In this document: in pieces, positions 28,227-37,426 of the stretch
How positions within the stretch are numbered: the stretch's first letter is position 1
Layout: each line of letters begins with the position of its first letter
DNA from: Elusimicrobiota bacterium
GTDB taxonomy: Bacteria > Elusimicrobiota > Elusimicrobia > F11
Assembly: GCA_044221725.1 (NCBI GenBank)
Contig: JBGAON010000003.1
Location: forward strand, 448,001 to 512,000
Length of the DNA stretch: 64,000 nt
Direction of reading: 5' to 3'
Notes under the pieces: model-generated
Told to the model about the DNA's origin: nothing
The model's input: only the letters and a program-made list of their open reading frames with translations
Database searches by the model: none
Made by a program: the position numbers and the translations under genes

Positions 28227-28706
28227 ATGTTCAAGCAAGCGATACTTATTGTTGGATTTGCTTTGCCCCTGGCTACTGTGCGGCAATTTTTTCCGCATGG
28301 TATCGCATGGAATGGTCGTTGGCCGACGTCGTCCACCTCGGCTGAAGAGGCGTATCAAATGATGGCCCGCCCAACCGATCCGGCGTTTGTGTCGCTTGCG
28401 GAGGCCATCGAGATTCAAGAATCAAAAAAGGCCACGCTCATTGATGCGCGCTCGGCCGAGGAATACAAGGCAGGGCGCATTCCGAACAGCCGCAGCCTTC
28501 CTTATTACGAGATGGATGCGAAACAAGCGGAGGCGCTGAAAGATCTCGAAAAAAATTCTCCGCTGGTCATTTACTGCGAAGGAGTTGGTTGCGAGTTAAG
28601 CTTTTTTTTGGGACGCGAATTGCAAGCGCAGGGATATTCAAATATCCGCATTTTCTACGGTGGTTATCCAGAGTGGCAGCAAGCGGGACTCCCCATTGAA
28701 AAATAA
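28227..28706 (+). CDS. Membrane-anchored rhodanese-like protein
   Basis: IDAR...Y..GRIP, YCEGVGC active loop, GY.N and GGYPEW..AG.P motifs. Confidence 0.88.
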   Translation: MFKQAILIVGFALPLATVRQFFPHGIAWNGRWPTSSTSAEEAYQMMARPTDPAFVSLAEAIEIQESKKATLIDARSAEEYKAGRIPNSRSLPYYEMDAKQAEALKDLEKNSPLVIYCEGVGCELSFFLGRELQAQGYSNIRIFYGGYPEWQQAGLPIEK

Positions 28707-29118
28707 ACTTCAATTAATTTTCAGGATTGGCCTCGGAATTTTGTTCATCGCGGCCAGCTATTACAAAATCGTTTCCCCGGGCGCGTTCGCGCATCAAATC
28801 TACAACTACAAGATTCTCCCTCCGTGGACGATCAACCCGTTGGCGATTCTTTTGCCGTGGGTGCAACTGCTGTGCGGCGTGGCGCTCCTGACAAACACGT
28901 TCACAAAGGGAGCGAGCGTATTAATTGTGATGATGCTTGCTGTGTTTCAAATTGCGCTCGCCTCGGCGCTGCTGCGAGGTTTAAACATTTCCTGTGGTTG
29001 TTTCAAAAGCGGCGGAAGCGCCGCGACATGGTGGACGTTTGCGCGGGACACAGGACTGTTGGCTTTGGCTATTTTAAATTTGGGAATTCAAAAACGTGGA
29101 ATTAAACGACTGTCCTAA
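28696..29118 (+). CDS. MauE/DoxX-family membrane protein
   Basis: R..LG..F..A...KI..P..F, LPWVQL, GLNISCGCF and RD..L motifs. TTG start at 28696 overlaps the rhodanese stop. Confidence 0.85.
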   Translation: MKNKLQLIFRIGLGILFIAASYYKIVSPGAFAHQIYNYKILPPWTINPLAILLPWVQLLCGVALLTNTFTKGASVLIVMMLAVFQIALASALLRGLNISCGCFKSGGSAATWWTFARDTGLLALAILNLGIQKRGIKRLS

Positions 29119-29308
29119 AAACGTGCGCCGGTTTTTGCTCGAACACTGGACCAAGAACGAATTGGATGATCAAATGCGCGATCCCGAATATTTTATCGAT
29201 CAGGTTGTGATTCCGCGGTTGGATTACTTGCGGCGCCAAGGAGAAGATGTGCCGCGTGTCCGGCTTAAGCGATCGCCAACCGGCGAGTTTTCGCTGCTGC
29301 TGACCTAA
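29096..29308 (+). CDS. Small hypothetical protein
   Basis: 70-aa ORF filling the gap between MauE and the convergent aminotransferase; no recognised motif. Confidence 0.45.
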   Translation: MELNDCPKNVRRFLLEHWTKNELDDQMRDPEYFIDQVVIPRLDYLRRQGEDVPRVRLKRSPTGEFSLLLT

Positions 29309-30489
29309 AGAAACTTCCGAATAACGTTGCCGAGTTTTTTGATGCCGGTGTTGATCGCCTCGTCCGTCGAATTCGTGAAATTCAGCCGCATGGTGTTCTC
29401 TCCGCCGCCGTTCGCGTAAAAAACGCTTCCATCCACAAACGCCACGCCGTCGGCAATTGCTTTCTTAAACACATCCTTGGCCTTGATTCCTTTTGGCAAG
29501 GTGCACCAAAAAAACATTCCGCCTTCCGGCTCAACGTATTCCACTTCGGGTGGAAAGTGCGTCTCGATCGCTTTCGCCATCACTTGCGCGCGGCGCGCGT
29601 AGTCTTTGATGATCAACGGTAAATGTTTTTCGAGAAAACCGTGTTTGCAGTAGTGGTACACCGCGTATTGAATTAGCGTGTTGGTCTGCAAATCCGTTGG
29701 TTGTTTGGCGAGCACCAACTGATCGATAAGCTTTTTTTCTGCGAGCACGTAACCCAAACGGATTCCAGGCGACAACAATTTTGAAAACGTGGACATGTAC
29801 ACCACGCCCTTGCCTTTCGCAAGCGCGTACAGCGAGGGCACGACGTCGCCTTTGAAACGTAGAAGGCCGTACGGGTCATCTTCGATAATTGGCACGCCGA
29901 ATTTATCCGCGAGTTTTAACAGCGCATGTCGCCGATGCAGCGTCATTGTGATTCCCGCCGGGTTTTGAAACGTCGGCACCACATAGATAAATCGAACGTT
30001 CGGATTCTTCTTAAGCGCCGCTTCGAGCGCTTCGGGTTTCATTCCGTGGTCGTCGATCGGCACCGTGACGTATTTGCACTCGAACGTGTTGAACGATTGA
30101 ATCGCGCCGAGATAGGTTGGGTCTTCGACGAGCACCGCGTCGCCGCTATTGATGAAAATTTTTCCGAGCAATTCGAGCGCTTGCTGCGAGCCGTGTGTGA
30201 GCAACATTTGTTCGGGCGTCCCTTTGATTCCCTGCTTGCTTAGCCAATCGCACAGATACTGTTTGAGCGGACGCAGTCCCTCGGTTACCGTGTATTGCAG
30301 CGCTTTGGTGCCATCCTGACGCAGCGTCTCTCGTAGCGCAAGTTCAAATTTCTTTAATGGAAATGTTTCGGGTGCCGGAAGTCCGCCCGCGAACGAAATA
30401 ATTCCTGGTTTCGAGGAAACCTTGAGAATTTCGCGGATGATGGACGCGCGCATGCGCTTCGTTCGACGAGCAAAGGAATAGTGAACCAT
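29305..30489 (-). CDS. PLP-dependent class I aminotransferase (2-aminoadipate transaminase-like)
   Basis: ISFAGGLP, GSQQAL, FQNPAG, EDDPY and TFSK(PLP)LLSPGIRLG motifs. Confidence 0.92.
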   Translation of the reverse strand: MVHYSFARRTKRMRASIIREILKVSSKPGIISFAGGLPAPETFPLKKFELALRETLRQDGTKALQYTVTEGLRPLKQYLCDWLSKQGIKGTPEQMLLTHGSQQALELLGKIFINSGDAVLVEDPTYLGAIQSFNTFECKYVTVPIDDHGMKPEALEAALKKNPNVRFIYVVPTFQNPAGITMTLHRRHALLKLADKFGVPIIEDDPYGLLRFKGDVVPSLYALAKGKGVVYMSTFSKLLSPGIRLGYVLAEKKLIDQLVLAKQPTDLQTNTLIQYAVYHYCKHGFLEKHLPLIIKDYARRAQVMAKAIETHFPPEVEYVEPEGGMFFWCTLPKGIKAKDVFKKAIADGVAFVDGSVFYANGGGENTMRLNFTNSTDEAINTGIKKLGNVIRKFL

Positions 30490-30510
30490 AGGGGCGGGAT
30501 GATACGAAAT

Positions 30511-30594
30511 CCGTCACCCTGGAATGTCTCTATCCAAGGGTCCATTTTACCGATGGTTTCATTGGATCCTGGCTAACGACATGCCAGGACGACG
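30511..30594. repeat. Inverted pair of REP-like elements (REPIN-like) at the end of the large operon
   Basis: CCGTCACCCTGGAATGTCTCTATCCAAGGGTCCA ... TGGATCCTGGCTAACGACATGCCAGGACGACG. Confidence 0.7.
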
Positions 30595-30612
30595 ACAGTA
30601 AGGGCGACGGTA

Positions 30613-31557
30613 CTATTTTGAATTCATTACGAGCCGCAGCACTTCACCGCGGTCGGTCGCTTTGTCCAGCTTGTGGCGAATGTCCACGGCCGGCATGTTC
30701 GTCGCGTCAGAAATCGAATTCACGGCCGCTTGACGACGATCTTCGGCGAGCGTTGAATTCGGGCTGTTCGCGTAAACTTCCACGGTGAGCGGCTTGTTGG
30801 AATTTTCACGAATCACATCGATGGCGCGTGCCCAAAGGCCGTCCATGACCGGACGAAATGTGGCGTTGTCGTCTTGAAACAATCGCTTCGCGGCAAATTC
30901 AACCACGAGTTTTCCTTTCTGGTTGTACATGAGAGCGTCCAATTGGAAAGGTTCGCCCGGGAACGTGTTGGCATTCTCGTGTTCATCGTAGGTTACAAAC
31001 TGGTACGAGTAGAGCGTACCGACCGTTATGTACTGGCCGCGTTCATTAAGCCCGTTCCAATCAATTTGGCGCGGCGGAACGCCTTTGCCTTGAATGAGCT
31101 TTACCACCTCGCCATTTTGATCGGAGACGCGGAATTCCCAGCGTTTCGAAGCTACTTTCGAAAGCCCCGGATAAAACGTGACAAGTGGTGGTTCCGGAAT
31201 GAGCGGCAACGACGGCCGCAACACTTGATTCGAATTCAGCACACCGTAATTTTCAAAGTCTTCTTTGCTTGGGATTGGTTTTGCTTCTTGCAAAACTTTG
31301 TCCGTTTGCGCGGTGCCGCTTTCGATGATGTCTTTGACGTCCAATTCAATCGTCGGCGGTGGTTTCTGAATATCCAGCTGTTCTTTCACTTGCCCTTTCA
31401 CTGTTTCTGAGAGCGGCTCGGATCCCATCGTTTCTTTTTGTCCGCCACCCCCACTGTTCGTGGCCGCGGTGGCCTGAGTCTCTTCTTCGGCGTACGAGGG
31501 CTGAATCACGACAGCCGCGACAAACAGAAAATTCAAAAGAGAATATAAACGTTTCAT
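30613..31557 (-). CDS. Periplasmic protein with a FlgD/CTD-like Ig domain and a degenerate OmpA-C-like domain
   Basis: Signal peptide; WEFRVSDQNGEVVK...IDWNGLNERGQ...Y; C-terminal LF...ATF......I.......LTVEVY....LAEDR pattern without the GHTD motif. Confidence 0.6.
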   Translation of the reverse strand: MKRLYSLLNFLFVAAVVIQPSYAEEETQATAATNSGGGGQKETMGSEPLSETVKGQVKEQLDIQKPPPTIELDVKDIIESGTAQTDKVLQEAKPIPSKEDFENYGVLNSNQVLRPSLPLIPEPPLVTFYPGLSKVASKRWEFRVSDQNGEVVKLIQGKGVPPRQIDWNGLNERGQYITVGTLYSYQFVTYDEHENANTFPGEPFQLDALMYNQKGKLVVEFAAKRLFQDDNATFRPVMDGLWARAIDVIRENSNKPLTVEVYANSPNSTLAEDRRQAAVNSISDATNMPAVDIRHKLDKATDRGEVLRLVMNSK

Positions 31558-31560
31558 AAA

Positions 31561-32871
31561 TTAAACTCCTCTAAACACAAACGTGACCACACCTTCTTGA
31601 ATTTCGTTCGAGCGGCCCGCCGGTAGTCGACTGAAAATCCATTGTTGCAGAGAGCTGATCACCTTTTGATCGAACGTCGGACTTCCCGACGACACTTCGA
31701 CAATGATGCCATCCAAAACATTTCCGTTGGCGTTCACGCGAAAACGCAACGCGACACGGCAATCGATTTCGTAACGTGCAAAAGATTTTTGGACAATCGG
31801 TCGATTCGCAAGAGCACCGGTGATATTGAATCGCCCATCGCTGACCGACTTCATTCCCGCGGGTTGGGACTCACTAACCGTGTTGCGCGGCAGCGTTGAC
31901 ATTTGGGTGCCGGTCCCGCCGAAACCGGAACCGCCGCCGTAACTCCTGCCTCCTCCGCCACTTCCAAATCCGCTTCCGCTCGAATGACCGGAGCCCGTTC
32001 CACTCCCGCTTCCAGCGCCATAACCGTTTCCGCCCGATCCAGCGGCGCCACTTCCGGAACCCGTGGATCCCGCCGGTCCACCGACCGAAGCGCCGCCCAT
32101 CGCCAATCCTCCGCTCGAACCGCCGCCGTGCGACGAACTACTGCCCGAGAAGCCGCCGCTTGATGCGGATCCTTTCGGCGCAAAAGCCTTTGTCTGGAGT
32201 GCCGGCCCGGATCCGGGCCCGCCGCTCAACGAGCGCACGGCTGAACTTGTTTTGTTTCCGGTCTCGACCGGAATCGCGTTCACGTTCACCAATTGATCTT
32301 TCGCGTTCGAGTCGATGATCTTAAACGGCATATCTTTCTGCGCGACTTTGAATTTGTTTTCCTTGAGATTCGGTTCGGACTTTTGGAAATTTCCTTTCGA
32401 AGGCTGAACCAGCACCTGCTGCGTTTGTCCTTTCGAAATATCGAGTTCGTCCTTCTTCGCAAGGCCGTCGAAACCTTTCTTTTGAAACGGTTTGTCCGTC
32501 AAAGCGTCGGGTTTGTTCCAGGCCGGCTTGGCCGGTTCAACGGGAACCGCTGTTTGTTGGCCCATCGCGACTTCGGATTTCGCGCCCGGGCGTTCGCCCC
32601 TCACCAACGATTTCACCTTCGAGAAGAAACTTTGTTTTGGTCCGGTTCCACCGCCGGCCGGCTCGTAGCTCGGGATGTCGGACCGGAAATCCACATTCAC
32701 CAGCATATCACCCATTCCACCATTCCCACTTTCGGGCAGCGACAGCATTCCGCCTTTCCACAGCAACAACGTTGAGTGCACCGCGAGCGCGAATACCAAG
32801 CACGCGAAATCACGGCCCGAGAAATCAAATTTTATGCCGGTGGATGGAATTCCGTTAATGGGTTGCATCAT
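31561..32871 (-). CDS. TonB/TolA-like energy transducer with Gly/Ser-rich linker
   Basis: Single TM with His (FALAVHSTLL), long low-complexity linker, and TonB-C-like end (VALRFRVNANGNV...SSG...FD......LQQWIF...GVVTFVF). Confidence 0.8.
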   Translation of the reverse strand: MMQPINGIPSTGIKFDFSGRDFACLVFALAVHSTLLLWKGGMLSLPESGNGGMGDMLVNVDFRSDIPSYEPAGGGTGPKQSFFSKVKSLVRGERPGAKSEVAMGQQTAVPVEPAKPAWNKPDALTDKPFQKKGFDGLAKKDELDISKGQTQQVLVQPSKGNFQKSEPNLKENKFKVAQKDMPFKIIDSNAKDQLVNVNAIPVETGNKTSSAVRSLSGGPGSGPALQTKAFAPKGSASSGGFSGSSSSHGGGSSGGLAMGGASVGGPAGSTGSGSGAAGSGGNGYGAGSGSGTGSGHSSGSGFGSGGGGRSYGGGSGFGGTGTQMSTLPRNTVSESQPAGMKSVSDGRFNITGALANRPIVQKSFARYEIDCRVALRFRVNANGNVLDGIIVEVSSGSPTFDQKVISSLQQWIFSRLPAGRSNEIQEGVVTFVFRGV

Positions 32872-33295
32872 TGGTTGGCTCCAATTTCCCCGCTCGTTGC
32901 GTGGTGGCAATGGCGACCGCGCGATTTCCGACATACCGGTTGACGGTGCGCAGGAAATTTTCGACGTTTCCGTACGGCAAATTCTTGTCGGCGCGCACGA
33001 TCACAACAATGTTTTCTTTTCTATCGCGCAGCTTTGCAACAAGTGCACGTGGCAAGTCTTTCCATTGAACGATATCCGTGTCGATCGAAATTGAACCATC
33101 GGATCCGAGACTTACGGTAATATTTTGATCTTTGGTTTCTTTGGTCATCGCTTCCGGCAACTCCACCGGAATATTCGGCAAATTCATGATGGGGCTCATC
33201 AACAGAAGAATCACGAGCAATACCAGCGTTACGTCGATCACCGGAATAATGTTGACGCCCGAAATGGCTTCTTCGCTTATGTTGACACGTTTCAC
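32855..33295 (-). CDS. exbD: ExbD/TolR-family protein
   Basis: NIIPVIDVTLVLL (conserved Asp), VELPEA and VRADKNLPY motifs. Confidence 0.9.
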   Translation of the reverse strand: MKRVNISEEAISGVNIIPVIDVTLVLLVILLLMSPIMNLPNIPVELPEAMTKETKDQNITVSLGSDGSISIDTDIVQWKDLPRALVAKLRDRKENIVVIVRADKNLPYGNVENFLRTVNRYVGNRAVAIATTQRAGKLEPTNDATH

Positions 33296-33756
33296 GATGC
33301 GCCATCCTTGTGCGGCACGAGCGACAAACTTACGGCCCCGCTCTGACGCACGAGATCCAAAATGCGGACCACGTTCTGATATTTCACGTCGGGTTGTGAC
33401 GAAATTAAGACCGTTCGGTCTTTTCTACCACCGAGATTTTGCTGCAAAACGCGGAACAATTCGTATTCGGTAGCGATGGCCTGACTATTAACGGTGAATC
33501 CATTGCTTTTAATATCCACGAAGATCGGTTTCTCTGAAATTGTGGAACTGGACTTTGAAGCGACGGCTTGTGCGGCTTGAACCTGAATCATTGATTGAAG
33601 CGCCATCGGAGAAATGACCATCAATATGATCAGCAATACCAAGGTCACGTCCGCCAATGGGACGATGTTGACCTCGTTTAATTCGCCGTCTTCTTGGTTA
33701 GCGGAGCTTTGCACGGATTTCGCTCGGTTTCGGCTGCGCTGGCTTGTCGCCCGCAT
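33292..33756 (-). CDS. exbD: ExbD/TolR-family protein (second copy)
   Basis: EVNIVPLADVTLVLLIILMV (conserved Asp) and VKYQNVVRILD motifs. Confidence 0.88.
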   Translation of the reverse strand: MRATSQRSRNRAKSVQSSANQEDGELNEVNIVPLADVTLVLLIILMVISPMALQSMIQVQAAQAVASKSSSTISEKPIFVDIKSNGFTVNSQAIATEYELFRVLQQNLGGRKDRTVLISSQPDVKYQNVVRILDLVRQSGAVSLSLVPHKDGAS

Positions 33757-34378
33757 CTTCGCCGCCGTAGATTTGAATAATCAGTTCGTGCGCCGCGTTG
33801 TTCAAACGAACACCAATGCCGCGCATCTTGATGGTGAAGTAGTTGTAGAAAAGAGCTGCAGGAACGGCGACGATAATGCCGGCCGCCGTGGAAACAAGCG
33901 CTTCCGATATACCCGCCGCGACGATGTTTGCGCCACCCGATCCCGAACGTCCCAAATCGGCGAACGCTTGCATAATTCCGGTGACGGTTCCCAAAAGGCC
34001 AACAAGAGGCGAGATAAAAGACAGAGTTGAAAAGAGTCCAAGGCGTTTCCGCAGTCTTTCGATTTGGCTTTCTTTCGCGATTTGAACGAGATCTTCGTTA
34101 TCAGCGCGGGATAGATGCGTCGAGCTGATGGCAACCAAGAACGTTTGTGCAAAAACATTGTTCGACTGTGCGCACAGGTTTCGTGCGTCGTGCAAGCGGC
34201 CCGAGGCCACGCTGTTCTTCACGCGGTGCCAAAACTCTTCGCTCCACCCGGTGTGAGCCATGAAAAACCAGAGGCGTTCCAGCAAAAATGTCATCAGCAA
34301 CACCGAGAAGAAAAGAAGTGTTGTGATGATCGCTGGATTTACTTTCAATATTCCCATGAATCCCAATTCTTTTAACAT
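33698..34378 (-). CDS. exbB: MotA/TolQ/ExbB proton-channel protein
   Basis: SPLVGLLGTVTGIMQAF and AGISEALVSTAAGIIVAVPA motifs; GGAGGG SD. Confidence 0.93.
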   Translation of the reverse strand: MLKELGFMGILKVNPAIITTLLFFSVLLMTFLLERLWFFMAHTGWSEEFWHRVKNSVASGRLHDARNLCAQSNNVFAQTFLVAISSTHLSRADNEDLVQIAKESQIERLRKRLGLFSTLSFISPLVGLLGTVTGIMQAFADLGRSGSGGANIVAAGISEALVSTAAGIIVAVPAALFYNYFTIKMRGIGVRLNNAAHELIIQIYGGEDAGDKPAQPKPSEIRAKLR

Positions 34379-34404
34379 GTTGTTCCCTCCAGTTTTTTTC
34401 GAAA

Positions 34405-37386
34405 TTATTTGGCTTCGGATCGCAGGGTCTTCGCGCGATCGATCGCCGCTTGTTTCCAGTCCGGGTTTGAGCTGTTGCTCGCTATGTCTTCGTACACCGA
34501 TATGGAATCATCAACTTTGCCAAGTTCCTGATACAGTTCCGCGAGAGTGACCATCCCCGTCAGTCGCACCTCGTTCGAGCGTGGACCTTTCGCGCGGAGT
34601 TTTTCGTACATCGCGAGTTCTTGGTTCGGCATCTTCATGATCCGGTAAAGTTTTGCTTGAGCGACATACGAAGTGAACGATTCGTCGGCGTCGTCGGGAA
34701 TCATCTGGTAACTCTTTAGCGCCACTTCATAATTTTTCATTTCCTCGTTCGCGGCGCCCATGTCGAGAAGTACCTTGTTCCGTTGGGGATCGTTAGGAAA
34801 GCGTTCCAGGAAGCGTTGTTGCGCGGCGAGGGCTTGGGCCGGTTGATTCATCTTTTTGTAGCAAAGAGGAATGTTAACGAGAGCGTCACGCGCCAATCCA
34901 CCGTTGGGATCGGCTTCGAGCGTGTCGTTAAACGTAATCACCGCTTCGCGATAGTTCTCAACCTGGAAGTAGCTCACGCCCAAACGGAACAGCGCTTGCA
35001 CGCGGTTCGGACTGTCCGGGAAATTTAGCACGAAGTTTTTGTAAGCGGTAACCGCGTTCGGGTATTCTTCGAGAGCGAAGTGCGACTCGGCCATATAATA
35101 ATAGGACTGTGCCGCTTGTTTTGATTCCGGAAATTCTCCAACGAGCTTGCGGAAATATTCAAGCGCTTGTTTGTATTGCTTGTTGTTGAAAGCATCGGCA
35201 CCCGATTGCCAATAAATGTCGGCCGTGAGTTTGCTCTTTGGGAATTTTTCGGTCAAGCTCGCGAGATCACCCGATCCTTTGGCTTCGCGGTAATGCGCCA
35301 TTTGCAAAAGTTCAAGCACGTCCTTTGCTTTCGGATCTTTCGGATAATTGTTCAAGAATTCTTGCAGTCGTTTGGATGCCAATTCGAACTGGCCCTGGTT
35401 GTAATAGCACTGCGCAATTTGAATGCGCGCGTCTTTCACGTTTTCGGATTGCGGATATTTGTCGATCAACAATTGGAATTGTTTGCCGGCCTCGTCGTAT
35501 TTTCCAAGACCGAATTGGGTTTTCGCGATTTCGTACACCGCTTTTGGCGCGAGCGGATGGTTCGAGTAGTTGGTCGCCAGTTTCTGCCAGCGCGCAATTG
35601 CTTCGGTGTAATATTCGAGACGATAGAAGCTTTGCCCGCCCTGAAATAACGCGTCGGGAACCATCGGATCGTCCGGGTAACGGTTCACGAACTCGTCAAA
35701 ATACCCCATCGCCTTGTCGTACTTCTTTTGCGTAAAAAGAACTTGAGCGGTATCCATGAGCACGGATTTCTTAACTTCTTTGCTCTTGAGATTCTCCGCC
35801 ATCGCCAACGCCCGCTCGTGCGCGACACCGGCTTCGTCAAATTGTCCTTTTCGCGCCAACGAAGCGGCGACGCCGAGCATCGCGTAGGCCAGCTTCGGCG
35901 TATCTTTATAATTGTCGACGATCAGTTGATAGTTGCGTTGCGCGGCATCAAATTGATTGAGTGCGTAGTAGGCTTCGGCCACCCACAAATAAGTTTCGGC
36001 CTGCCAACGCGTGGGGCTTACGGGCGCTACTTTTAATTGCGAGTTGAGAGACGTCACAATCTCCGCCAGCTGGTTGTTTTGGAAATAAGACGTCCCCATC
36101 AAGTAGAGTGCTTTTTCCGAATGGATTGAATTTCCAAACTGATCCAAAACGATTTGATACTCGGCGTTCGCTTCCACGAATTTCTTCATGCGTTGCAGGC
36201 AGATTCCCTTGAGAAGGTGGGTTTTGGCAGCCAGTTCTCCCCACGGATATTCTTTGAGAAATTTCTCCGCGCGCGCAACGGCCGTATCGTCTTGTTTCTG
36301 CTCGGCCATGCACCAAACAATCTTGTATTGCGAATCCATGCGCAGTTCGTGCGCTTCAGAAATTTGGCTGAAGAACGAAATCGCTTTCCCGTAGTCGCCG
36401 AGGCGCAGCGCCATTTCTCCGAGCATGTAGATGCCGTACGGCAAATTTACATCGTCTTCGAACCCTCTGACGAGTTCTTCCCACTTAAGACCGGCTTCCT
36501 GAAAACGGCCCAGATGAAATTGAATGCACGCCATCCGGTGCAACGCGTACGGGCGAAGTGGGCTCAATTTGAATTTGTCGTAGACCTTGCGAAAGCTGTC
36601 ATAAGCCAAATTCAGTTCGTTTACTTTGTAATAGGCTTCGGCCATCTGGAGTTGGGCTTTGTCGGCCCAGAATCCGGTCGGATCTTCCTCATAAACGTCC
36701 TTAAACATTTGGGACGCCGCAATTGTTTGTCCAAGCATGCGCAAAACGACGCCATGATAATAACGGGTCCCCAAATCGTCTTTAATCAGTGAAAACATAT
36801 CGAGCGCGTCTTGGAGTCGGTTGCGCTCCATGTACAATAGGCCCAGCGGTGTGACCGCGGCCGGATTTGATTTGTACTTCGGGTACGATTGCAGAAGTTC
36901 GACCAGCATGTTTTCGGCTTTTTCATGGCTGTTTAAAGCGATCAGCGATAACGCCCAGCCAAGCAATGCTTCGGATCGCAAAATCTTCGGTGCTTTGTTT
37001 TTGACGACCGTGAAGTGATCGATCGCGTTCAAATACTTTTTCATGTTGAATTCGCAATGACCAAGTCGCAACTCCGCGTTCATCGCTTCGTAGGTGCCGG
37101 AGTATTTTTTCGTAACAACTGTATATTCGTCAGCGGCTTCCGGATATTTCTTCAGGGAAAATTTTATTTCGCCGAGCGCGAAACGCGCTTGTGCCGCGAG
37201 ACGGTGGCCCGGGAATGTTTTTAAGAAGCCTTCGTATTCTTGCGCAGCGCTATCGAGGCGACCATTTTGGAAAGCAAGAGAGGCGATTTTGAATTGTTGG
37301 AGAGGATCAACCGAAACTGCAAAAGATGGTACGGCGCTATTTGCCACGAGGCAAACGATGCCTAAGAGCTGAGCGAGTTGTTTCAT
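34405..37386 (-). CDS. Secreted multi-TPR protein (CpoB/BamD-like TPR pairs along its whole length)
   Basis: Signal peptide; more than 20 TPR-like units with A..f..l...YP....a..A patterns. Confidence 0.88.
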   Translation of the reverse strand: MKQLAQLLGIVCLVANSAVPSFAVSVDPLQQFKIASLAFQNGRLDSAAQEYEGFLKTFPGHRLAAQARFALGEIKFSLKKYPEAADEYTVVTKKYSGTYEAMNAELRLGHCEFNMKKYLNAIDHFTVVKNKAPKILRSEALLGWALSLIALNSHEKAENMLVELLQSYPKYKSNPAAVTPLGLLYMERNRLQDALDMFSLIKDDLGTRYYHGVVLRMLGQTIAASQMFKDVYEEDPTGFWADKAQLQMAEAYYKVNELNLAYDSFRKVYDKFKLSPLRPYALHRMACIQFHLGRFQEAGLKWEELVRGFEDDVNLPYGIYMLGEMALRLGDYGKAISFFSQISEAHELRMDSQYKIVWCMAEQKQDDTAVARAEKFLKEYPWGELAAKTHLLKGICLQRMKKFVEANAEYQIVLDQFGNSIHSEKALYLMGTSYFQNNQLAEIVTSLNSQLKVAPVSPTRWQAETYLWVAEAYYALNQFDAAQRNYQLIVDNYKDTPKLAYAMLGVAASLARKGQFDEAGVAHERALAMAENLKSKEVKKSVLMDTAQVLFTQKKYDKAMGYFDEFVNRYPDDPMVPDALFQGGQSFYRLEYYTEAIARWQKLATNYSNHPLAPKAVYEIAKTQFGLGKYDEAGKQFQLLIDKYPQSENVKDARIQIAQCYYNQGQFELASKRLQEFLNNYPKDPKAKDVLELLQMAHYREAKGSGDLASLTEKFPKSKLTADIYWQSGADAFNNKQYKQALEYFRKLVGEFPESKQAAQSYYYMAESHFALEEYPNAVTAYKNFVLNFPDSPNRVQALFRLGVSYFQVENYREAVITFNDTLEADPNGGLARDALVNIPLCYKKMNQPAQALAAQQRFLERFPNDPQRNKVLLDMGAANEEMKNYEVALKSYQMIPDDADESFTSYVAQAKLYRIMKMPNQELAMYEKLRAKGPRSNEVRLTGMVTLAELYQELGKVDDSISVYEDIASNSSNPDWKQAAIDRAKTLRSEAK

Positions 37387-37426
37387 GTTTTCTGTCCCCT
37401 CTTCTTCAATACTGCGACAGTACGGC

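Noticed and set aside
31561..34378. Canonical Tol-Pal or TonB uptake operon
   Set aside because: No tolB, pal or TonB-dependent receptor is adjacent, and two ExbD copies are present; reported as an atypical system instead.
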